Assembly: GCA_964016885.1 (NCBI GenBank)
Contig: OZ024742.1
Coordinates: 371,504,001-371,568,000, forward strand
Source of the DNA: Eledone cirrhosa
Taxonomy: Eukaryota
Length of the DNA stretch: 64,000 nucleotides
Direction: 5' to 3'
In this document: piece after piece, positions 24,265 through 35,192 of the stretch
Position numbering within the stretch: position 1 is the stretch's first letter
Layout: each line of letters begins with the position of its first letter
The notes under the pieces: generated by a model
The model's database searches: none
The model's input: the letters and a program-made list of their open reading frames with translations, nothing else
What the model was told of the DNA's origin: nothing
Position numbers and translations under genes: made by a program

Positions 24265-27200
24265 AAGTGCTACATGTGAGCTGGTAAGACAGTTTATCTT
24301 TATAACATAGAAGACTGAAGTGCTACATGTGAGCTGGTAACACAGTTTATCTTTATAACACAGAAGACTGAAAGTGCTACATGTTAGCTGGTAAGACAGT
24401 TTATCTTTATAACATAGAAGACTGAAGTGCTACATGTGAGCTGGTAACACAGTTTATCTTTATAACACAGAAGACTGAAAGTGCTACATGTGAGCTGGTA
24501 ACACAGTTTATCTTTATAACATAGAAGACTGAAGTGCTACATGTGAGCTGGTAACACAGTTTATCTTTATAACACAGAAGACTGAAAGTGCTACATGTGA
24601 GCTGGTAAGACAGTTTATCTTTATAACATAGAAGACTGAAGTGCTACATGTGAGCTGGTAACACAGTTTATCTTTATAACACAGAAGACTGAAAGTGCTA
24701 CATGTGAGCTGGTAAGACAGTTTATCTTTATAACAGAAGACTGAAGTGCTACATGTGAGCTGGTAACACAGTTTATCTTTATAACAGAAGACTGAAGTGC
24801 TACATGTGAGCTGGTAAGACAGTTTATCTTTATAACATAGAAGACTGAAGTGGTACATGTGAGCTGGTAACACAGTTTATCTTTATAACACAGAAGACTG
24901 AAAGTGCTACATGTGAGCTGGTAACACAGTTTATCTTTATAACATAGAAGACTGAAGTGCTACATGTGAGCTGGTAACACAGTTTATCTTTATAACACAG
25001 AAGACTGAAAGTGCTACATGTGAGCTGGTAAGACAGTTTATCTTTATAACATAGAAGACTGAAGTGCTACATGTGAGCTGGTAACACAGTTTATCTTTAT
25101 AACACAGAAGACTGAGAGTGCTACATGTGAGCTGGTAAGACAGTTTATCTTTATAACATAGAAGACTGAAGTGCTACATGTGAGCTGGTAAGACAGTTTA
25201 TCTTTATAACACAGAAGACTGAAAGAGCTACATGTGAGCTGGTAAGACAGTTTATCTTTATAACACAGAAGACTGAAGTGCTACATGTGAGCTGGTAACA
25301 CAGTTTATCTTTATAACACAGAAGACTGAAAGTGCTACATGTGAGCTGGTAACACAGTTTATCTTTATAACATAGAAGACTGAAGTGCTACATGTGAGCT
25401 GGTAACACAGTTTATCTTTATAACACAGAAGACTGAAAGTGCTACATGTGAGCTGGTAAGACAGTTTATCTTTATAACATAGAAGACTGAAGTGCTACAT
25501 GTGAGCTGGTAACACAGTTTATCTTTATAACACAGAAGACTGAGAGTGCTACATGTGAGCTGGTAAGACAGTTTATCTTTATAACACAGAAGACTGAAGT
25601 GCTACATGTGAGCTGGTAACACAGTTTATCTTTATAACATAGAAGACTGAAGTGCTACATGTGAGCTGGTAAGACAGTTTATCTTTATAACACAGAAAAC
25701 TGAAGTGCTACATGTGAGCTGGTAAGACAGTTTATCTTTATAACACAGAAGACTGAAAGAGCTACATGTGAGCTGGTAAGACAGTTTATCTTTATAACAC
25801 AGAAGACTGAAGTGCTACATGTGAGCTGGTAACACAGTTTATCTTTATAACATAGAAGACTGAAGTGCTACATGTGAGCTGGTAACACAGTTTATCTTTA
25901 TAACACAGAAGACTGAAGTGCTACATGTGAGCTGGTAACAGTTTATCTTTATAACAGAAGACTGAAGTGCTACATGTGAGCTGGTAAGACAGTTTATCTT
26001 TATAACATAGAAGACTGAAGTGCTACATGTGAGCTGGTAAGACAGTTTATCTTTATAACACAGAAGACTGAAAGTGCTACATGTGAGCTGGTAACAGTTT
26101 ATCTTTATAACAGAAGACTGAAGTGCTACATGTGAGCTGGTAACACAGTTTATCTTTATAACATAGAAGACTGAAGTGCTACATGTGAGCTGGTAACACA
26201 GTTTATCTTTATAACAGAAGACTGAAGTGCTACATGTGAGCTGGTAAGACAGTTTATCTTTATAACACAGAAGACTGAAAGTGCTACATGTGAGCTGGTA
26301 AGACAGTTTATCTTTATAACAGAAGACTGAAGTGCTACATGTGAGCTGGTAAGACAGTTTATCTTTATAACATAGAAGACTGAAGTGCTACATGTGAGCT
26401 GGTAACACAGTTTATCTTTATAACAGAAGACTGAAGTGCTATATGTGAGCTGGTAACACAGTTTATCTTTATAACACAGAAGAGTGAAAGTGTTACATGT
26501 GAGCTGGTAAGACAGTTTATCTTTATAACACAGAAGACTGAAAGTGCTACATGTGAGCTGGTAAGACAGTTTATCTTTATAACATAGAAGACTGAAGTGC
26601 TACATGTGAGCTGGTAACACAGTTTATCTTTATAACACAGAAGACTGAGAGTGCTACATGTGAGCTGGTAAGACAGTTTATCTTTATAACATAGAAGACT
26701 GAAGTGCTACATGTGAGCTGGTAAGACAGTTTATCTTTATAACACAGAAGACTGAAAGAGCTACATGTGAGCTGGTAAGACAGTTTATCTTTATAACACA
26801 GAAGACTGAAGTGCTACATGTGAGCTGGTAACACAGTTTATCTTTATAACATAGAAGACTGAAGTGCTACATGTGAGCTGGTAAGACAGTTTATCTTTAT
26901 AACACAGAAGACTGAAAGTGCTACATGTGAGCTGGTAAGACAGTTTATCTTTATAACATAGAAGACTGAAGTGCTACATGTGAGCTGGTAACACAGTTTA
27001 TCTTTATAACACAGAAGACTGAGAGTGCTACATGTGAGCTGGTAAGACAGTTTATCTTTATAACACAGAAGACTGAAGTGCTACATGTGAGCTGGTAACA
27101 CAGTTTATCTTTATAACATAGAAGACTGAAGTGCTACATGTGAGCTGGTAAGACAGTTTATCTTTATAACACAGAAAACTGAAGTGCTACATGTGAGCTG

Positions 27201-28550
27201 GTAAGACAGTTTATCTTTATAACACAGAAGACTGAAAGAGCTACATGTGAGCTGGTAAGACAGTTTATCTTTATAACACAGAAGACTGAAGTGCTACATG
27301 TGAGCTGGTAACACAGTTTATCTTTATAACATAGAAGACTGAAGTGCTACATGTGAGCTGGTAAGACAGTTTATCTTTATAACACAGAAGACTGAAGTGC
27401 TACATGTGAGCTGGTAACAGTTTATCTTTATAACAGAAGACTGAAGTGCTACATGTGAGCTGGTAACACAGTTTATCTTTATAACATAGAAGACTGAAGT
27501 GCTACATGTGAGCTGGTAAGACAGTTTATCTTTATAACACAGAAGACTGAAAGTGCTACATGTGAGCTGGTAAGACAGTTTATCTTTATAACATAGAAGA
27601 CTGAAGTGCTACATGTGAGCTGGTAACACAGTTTATCTTTATAACACAGAAGACTGAGAGTGCTACATGTGAGCTGGTAACACAGTTTATCTTTATAACA
27701 TAGAAGACTGAAGTGCTACATGTGAGCTGGTAACACAGTTTATCTTTATAACAGAAGACTGAAGTGCTACATGTGAGCTGGTAAGACAGTTTATCTTTAT
27801 AACACAGAAGACTGAAAGTGCTACATGTGAGCTGGTAAGACAGTTTATCTTTATAACAGAAGACTGAAGTGCTACATGTGAGCTGGTAAGACAGTTTATC
27901 TTTATAACATAGAAGACTGAAGTGCTACATGTGAGCTGGTAACACAGTTTATCTTTATAACAGAAGACTGAAGTGCTATATGTGAGCTGGTAACACAGTT
28001 TATCTTTATAACACAGAAGAGTGAAAGTGTTACATGTGAGCTGGTAAGACAGTTTATCTTTATAACAGAAGACTGAAGTGCTACATGTGAGCTGGTAAGA
28101 CAGTTTATCTTTATAACACAGAAGACTGAAAGCGCTACATGTGAGCTGGTAAGACAGTTTATCTTTATTACAGAAGACTGAAGTGCTACATGTGAGCTGG
28201 TAAGACAGTTTATCTTTATAACACAGAAGATTGAAAGTGCTACATGTGAGCTGGTAAGACAGTTTATCTTTATAACAGAAGACTGAAGTGCTACATGTGA
28301 GCTGGTAAGACAGTTTATCTTTATAACACAGAAGACTGAAAGTGCTACATGTGAGCTGGTAACACAGTTTATCTTTATAACAGAAGACTGAAGTGCTACA
28401 TGTGAGCTGGTAAGACAGTTTATCTTTATAACACAGAAGACTGAAAGTGCTACATGTGAGCTGGTAAGACAGTTTATCTTTATAACATAGAAGACTGAAG
28501 TGCTACATGTGAGCTGGTAACATAGTTTATCTTTATAACATAAAAGACTG
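24265..28550 (+). repeat. 53-bp (mostly 51-54) satellite, about 80 copies
   Basis: Unit aagtgctacatgtgagctggtaa(g/c)acagtttatctttataaca(t/c)agaagactg. Confidence 0.98.
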
Positions 28551-29504
28551 GAGTCAGGTTGAGGGACATAGAAGGGGGGAGGGGCAGAAACAAGATATAC
28601 TCAGCAACATATTAAATATTGTCAAGTAGAAAAATAGCATTTAAAATTAAATAAAACTAAAAACAGTTTTTTATTTTCAAATTCTATTTTATTAAATCAT
28701 AATTATTTTGAGATTTCAAATGGTCTTTAATATCAACCTCTATATGTCACACAGAACTCTACAATGTCACACAGAACTCTACACACTCTATATGTCACAC
28801 AGAACTCTACAAAACAGATCACATTTTACTCTGATGACACAATGCTTTGTAGAAAAAGGTAATTTTGAGTTCTTTCATAAATATACATGCTCTATATCAC
28901 AATTCTGTAAGAAATATGTATAAAATATTTTATGAGCTATTTTATAGCATCTCATCACATGAGCACATCAATCTTTATATTAACTTTATCCTCTCAGCGC
29001 TTTGTAAAAGTCTGAGATCAGATACATATATGTTTGTTTACATTTAGAAGCTGTGATACAGCTATCTAATTTAAATCTATTGTCACAATCCCTTGACTTA
29101 ATGGTTTGAAGCAGTTAGCCAGTATCTGGGAGATACAAGATTTGATTCCTCATAGTAGCTGATGGCAGCTTCTTTTTCTGTCTCTAAGGGGACACATGAG
29201 CACACTACTCTTTATATCAAGTATATATATGTGTGTGGGTGTATTTCTTCTTCTTTGCCGACTTATTCATGGAAGAGGAGTCCTCAAACACACCATCCAG
29301 TAGGTTCTGTTACAAGCAACTGTCTCCAATTGACCTGGATATGAATTACAAGTCGGCATAGCCACACATTTCTCCATCTCTCTTAACCTTTGAAAATCAT
29401 GAAACTTGTGAAACCAGTAAAGTTATAAGTTATTGTAAATAAACCTTCTTAAAGACTCCAATTGTATTTTCAACTCCTTTTTACTATGTATATATATCCA
29501 GCAG

Positions 29505-30081
<577 letters not shown>

Positions 30082-31139
30082 AGCAATATGTAAAATCCTG
30101 ACTGCAGCCTTTTCAAAGGTGTAGTAATATCTGTAGGGCGTGAAGAAATAGGTCACTGGTCTTGGTAGTGCTTTGGTTGAGTTTATCATAGTAGTAAACT
30201 GGTTGGATGGAGGAAGTGGGGAGAGAGACAGTGGTAAGTTTATCTAGACAGGCATATATATTTAGCAGGGTATAGATAATATTATTTTGGTGATGCGTTG
30301 GTTACTTGGTGGATCATTTGTAGTGGTAATGATGAAGTGTGAAGTTGATCAAGTAATGGCAACTAAGTGAAGTGTGTCTCAGTGAACTGAGAGCAGCTTT
30401 GCTATGTTCAAACAAGTTGTACTTGTTTGTTGAAGTGTGAAGTGATATTACTGTGGGAAAGATGGTTTTCCTAAATCACATGGATAGGAGTTAACAGATG
30501 AACAAGACACTGCTAATGTAATTATTTCTATTTGTAACATGATTTACTTCAAAATCGTGTGCAGCAATGAACAACAGAAAAGGAAGTATGCATAGATGTA
30601 GTGTGTTATGTGTGCAAATGTAGAATTCCATAGACGTAAATTTTACTGACCTGTGTTGGTAACAATCTGAGCTAGTATTGATCCCAGCAAGACTGGCTAG
30701 CAAGTGTATGTGGCTACATTGTGAGGATGGTCAAACAAGCTGTTGCAGAGTTGAAAAGCAGACTATATGTGGGGGTCAAATCTCTTGTATAGGTTGCTCA
30801 GAACCATTGAATAAATGGTCTTTTCAACTGTCCTCTTTTTGGACACTCTGGCACCATGAGCCACCTAAGATACAACATTAAGTTTGTGACTCGGAGCAGA
30901 GGTCACAGCAGTCTTTTGGTGGTCATGTGTGGCAGGCTAAGAAAGCCATTGTGGGGAAAATATGTGCAGGACCTGGGAAGAAGAGACAAAGCCCAACATA
31001 TTAGCCAAGAAGAGAAACTGTGCACAAATGGCAAAATGAGAGAAAAAAATGTTCGTTAGATATAATTTTATTAAATGATATGATTAAGGTTCTCTAATAT
31101 TCTTTTTTTTTTACATTAATAAATAAAAGTTACCACAAC

Positions 31140-31342
31140 AAAATGCGAAGACGATATAATAGTTCGACTGAAGACCGTGTACACTGATCGCCAGTTAGAG
31201 GCCGCGCGTGGTGAACATCCTCCGACATCATTCCTATCTTTTTAGTCGGGAGATCTAGTCAAAGGAAAGTTAGTTTTTACTTTTAAATATTTATGTTTAA
31301 AATTCTCCGTGACGTTCCTTTTTACCATCATCTCCTTCAAAC
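31140..31342 (+). promoter_or_regulatory. Probable promoter/5'UTR of DCP2
   Basis: Local CpG enrichment (gcgaagacg, ggccgcgcgtgg, ccgtgacgt) against a CpG-poor background, directly upstream of an aaacATGg start. TSS not determinable. Confidence 0.55.
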
Positions 31343-31428
31343 ATGGAACAACAAACTTCGGTGAAAGTTCTTAGCGCCACTCCTCAACCGTTCACCATAC
31401 CAGCTTATGTTTTAGATGACTTGTGCAG
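31343..31428 (+). CDS. DCP2: mRNA-decapping enzyme 2 homologue, first coding exon
   Basis: aaacATGG start; MEQQTSVKVLSATPQPFTIPAYVLDDLC-AG|gtttgt. IPxxVLDDLC(S) is the start of Dcp2 Box A (human IPGSVLDDLCSRF), and the phase-2 donor falls in the Ser codon, as I recall for vertebrate DCP2. Confidence 0.85.
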
Positions 31429-31459
31429 GTTTGTTTTCTTTTTTGTTTATGTAGAATAC

Positions 31460-31820
31460 ACAAACGTGTGTGTATATATATGAACATGTATCTATGTGTT
31501 TATACAAACGTGTGTGTATACGTATCACACATATTTGAGTATGTATCTATGTGTTATACGGATGTGTATGTATATGTTCCACACAAATATGTATTCGTAT
31601 CTATGTATATACACAAACATGTATGTACATGTATCTATATATTACACAGACATGTATGTTTATGTATCTATGTATTACACACACACACACAAGTGTGTGT
31701 GTATATATATATATATGTGTTTACTCAAATATGTATGTATATGTATCACTCAGACTTATGTGTAAATGTATATGTATATAGTGTATGTATTATACATGTT
31801 TATGTGTGCGTGCGTGTGTT
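31460..31820 (+). repeat. Degenerate (TA/TG/CA)n low-complexity tract
   Basis: Direct reading; produces the spurious Y/V/C/M-rich ORFs. Confidence 0.9.
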
Positions 31821-32137
31821 TGGTTCTTCGTTCCGCTGATATTTTTATATATAGTTTAATTGACAAAGTTACATACACAATCTATATTAAAACAACACCG
31901 AAACCAACAAGTCACACAGTGCTAACGTTTACATAAAAATAACCTGACAGAACTCGTTTTAATTAAAGAAAAAGTCCATTTTATTATCTCTAGTGAGGTC
32001 CCTCTCACAACTAGGGTTGCATTATCCATCAGGTTGACTAAAGACAAAGGATTCGACTTTTTTCTTTTGTAGAAGAGTGAAATGCTAGGAAGGCCGAAAT
32101 ACTTGAAAGCCTAGGGATTCGGCTCTGCCTGTGAATA

Positions 32138-32163
32138 TCTATCTGTTTGTCTACCTGTCTCTC

Positions 32164-32226
<63 letters not shown>

Positions 32227-32228
32227 CT
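32138..32228 (+). repeat. (TATC)n microsatellite
   Basis: Direct reading. Confidence 0.95.
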
Positions 32229-32237
32229 ACTAGTTCG

Positions 32238-33546
32238 TGTAAGCTGTCCCTAAAAGGCCGGGCGGAGGTGGCGAACATTTACATAGCGTCCGTCACTTAC
32301 TAACGCCTGACTGTCGTGCCTTGCCCTAAGGAAACACTCACCACCATGGAACGCATGCTCTTCCAATTTCTTTGGAAGAAGCGCCCTCCTATGGTGAGAA
32401 GATCCATCTGCTGCCAACAACCTTCGAAAGGAGGGCTGGGGATGCCGTGGTTGATGATGCGTAGGCACGCATTACGGCTACAGCACCTACAGGTATTCCT
32501 CACTGGTCAACCGGTGTGGGTTCCGTTCGTGAAACGAGCCTTTCCGAGACTCGTCTCGTTCACCGAGCTGCAGTCCTGGGTCAAGCAAAGATCCGGAAAA
32601 CTGGGAGACTGGCATACTGAGTGTGCTCAGGCGCTCAGGGCTCTCTGGCAAGCGGGCCAGGCCATCGGTGGAGAATCCACCTCATTATTCTATAGAGGGC
32701 TGGTGGCTAGCAGGGGCGATGATACCCTTGGAGAGTCGCTGGACATGGAAGAGGACGAACTAGCCAGCCTGTTCGGTAGGACTTTCGGCCCGGGACCAAT
32801 GGACAACTTCCAGAAGTCACTAGCCTGGCAGTGCTACGGGGGGGGGGGGGCTCTACCCGTTCGAGAGAGGCTCTACAGACACGGGCGCCCGGGCAGGGAT
32901 CCCTCGAAAAAGATTTGCCCTAGATGCGTGCGTCACGAAGAAACCGTTGCGCACGCATTGGTGCAATGTCCGGGCGTGGCTGATCTGTGGGGCTACGCCG
33001 AACGACTGCTGTCGTGGGTGGCGCCGATTCAATTGACCGCCGAGTCCGTGATGACAATCAAACCGCCTCCCCTCTTCACAAAGGAAGCAAAGGCGGTTTT
33101 TCTGTGCGTAATAGCCATGTTGAAAGAGGTTGTTTGGTGGACACGATTGAAAGGTCTGAGGTCAGGCAACTTCCTCTCTGGCCATAGTCTGGTCTACTTC
33201 TTCCGATATCACTTCGGAAGAAGGATAAGAATGGAGAGAGAGGTGCTTGGCCACAGGCAGTTTTATGAAAGGTGGGTGATAGTGGCGAGAATGGCTCGTG
33301 TAAATGGGCCTTCTCTGTATACCATCCTGTAGGTAGAGAAGTGAAGGAGAGGGGAGCACCTTCTCCATGTGCTCCCCGGGCAAAGGATTGCACACTTTTT
33401 CGGGGGTGTGTGCAACCCCCATCACGTCCCCTCCCTTTTGAGGTTTTCGATTATTTTCATTTTATACCCTTTTTACTCGATTGTATGTAAACTCCCCCTT
33501 TGTATTTGTCCCTTCTTTTTATGCCTTTATGGTAAATAAAGAAATA
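32238..33546 (+). mobile_element. Tx1/L1-clade LINE, 5'-truncated, with a 20-bp flanking direct repeat
   Basis: ORF 32316..33332 has FLWK...KGGLGMP and the CCHC knuckle CPRC....ETVAHALVQC; 3' aataaagaaa; tatctatctctactagttcg at 32218-32237 and 33547-33566. Confidence 0.88.
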
Positions 33547-33566
33547 TATCTATCTCTACTAGTTCG

Positions 33567-34260
33567 AGATATGGGCGCCCGGGCAGGGGCCCTGCAAAAA
33601 AGATCTGTCCGAGGTGCGTGCGTAACGAAGAAACCGTCGCGCACGCATTCATACACTGCCCGGGCGTCACTGACCTGTGGGGCTATGTAGAATGACTATT
33701 GTCGCGGGTGGGACTAATCCAGTTGACCACCGAGTCCATTGTCATGATCGAACCGCCACCCTCCTTCAAAAACGAAGGAGAGGCGGTTTTCCTTTGTGTG
33801 ATAGCTATGGCGAAAGAGGTTGTATGGTGGACAAGGTTGGAAGGGCTGAAGTCAGATACCTTTCTCTCCGGCCAACAACTGATTCTTTTTTTCAAATACC
33901 ACTTTGGAAGAAGAATCAGGATGGAGAGAGAGGTGCTGTACCCCAGCAAGTTTTATGAAAGGTGGGTGAAAGTGGCGAGAATGGCCCGAGTGAATGGGCC
34001 TTCTCTCTATATCAGCCTGTAGGTTGAGGAAAAGGAGGAGGAGAGGAAAGGAGTACAAACTCTTCGTACTCCTGGAGTTGAGGGTTGCACATTTTTTTGG
34101 GGGTATGTGTTACCTATATGAACTGTCTTCCCCTATTGGGGAAAATCGACTAACTTTTTAAATTGCATTTGTGATAACATTTTACACGTTTTTATTGTAT
34201 GTAAACTTCCCCCTTTGTATTTGTCCCCTTCTTTTGTGCCCCTGTGGCTAATAAAGAAAC
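33567..34260 (+). mobile_element. Second, older Tx1/L1-clade 3' fragment in tandem
   Basis: Homologous to 32880-33546 (AVFLCVIAM.KEVVWWTRL...RMARVNGPSLY); has stop/frameshift; ends aataaagaaac followed by tatct repeats. Confidence 0.88.
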
Positions 34261-34347
34261 ATATCTATCTGTATGTCTCTCTATCTGTCTGTCTGTATAT
34301 CTATCTATATATCTGTCTGTCTACTTGTGGTTATTTATCTATGTGAT

Positions 34348-34450
34348 CAGGGTCGTGTAATTCATAAGGCTGTCATTGAAAGATGACAGTATAGGTGAGG
34401 GCCCTAAATACGTGAAAGCCTAGAGCCCATCATGGGTTAATAAGGCCCTG
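34348..34450. mobile_element. Possible small MITE
   Basis: Imperfect terminal inverted repeats cagggtcgtgtaattcat / atgggttaataaggccctg; internal aaatac.tgaaagcctag also at about 32097. No TSD seen. Confidence 0.35.
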
Positions 34451-34681
34451 TCCACGCTAATTTATAATGTTGCAAGCCTTATAAATTATCATACAATAAC
34501 AAGATCATTTGATTATGATCGATGTATCCTGCTTAGGAGTAAAACCCTCTGTTCGCTCCCCAAATCACCTTTAATTCCTACAGCACCTTTTTCATGAAGA
34601 CACAAAGCTGTGTGTTTGTAAATCTTCATATTTATCAAGAAACCTTTCATCATAGTTTTATTTATCAGCCTTCAACTATAT

Positions 34682-34741
34682 TCATCATCATCAACATCAT
34701 CATCAACGTTTAACGTCCGTGTTCCACGCTTGCATGGGTTT
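34682..34741 (-). mobile_element. RTE family B terminal 60-bp fragment
   Basis: (cat)n-caacgtttaacgtccgtgttccacgcttgcatgggttt is identical to the family B 3' end. Confidence 0.9.
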
Positions 34742-35192
34742 ATATTATTTTATTCACAGTTGTATAAATAACATTACAAATTGTTCACAATTCTTTCAGA
34801 AGGAAAATATTAACACATATAATAAACACAATTAACTACTGCTAGGAACATATAAACATATAATAAATACAATTAATTATTGCTAGGAATATCATCATCA
34901 TCATCATCACCGTTTTACGTCCGTTCTTCCACGCTAGCATGGGTTAGACGGGTTGTCCTGTTGTGGGCAGTGTCTGGTCGGCTGACCATGCCTTGCTCAT
35001 ACAGGAACTGATCTGGCTTGATTTCTACAGCTGGATGCCCTTCCTAACACCAACCTCATTTACAGTGAGTGCTGGGTGCTTTTTCGTGGCGCCTACACGT
35101 CCACTTTACAGTGTGGGCTGGGTGCTTTTTTGCCGTGGCACCTCCACGACCACCTTGCGGTGGGGGGAGTGGGGGCATATTGTTTATATGCT

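Noticed and set aside
24265-28550. CATGTG E-box in nearly every 53-mer as a bHLH array
   Set aside because: A 6-mer in a repeat unit is weak evidence and nothing else supports function.
31423-31839. Cys/Tyr/Val-rich ORFs in three frames
   Set aside because: Dinucleotide low-complexity sequence at the start of the DCP2 intron.
34560-34680. Candidate DCP2 exon 2 after ttcctacag
   Set aside because: Phase-2 translation (STFFMKTQSCVF...) has no similarity to the expected SRFI...FQIELAHWFY.
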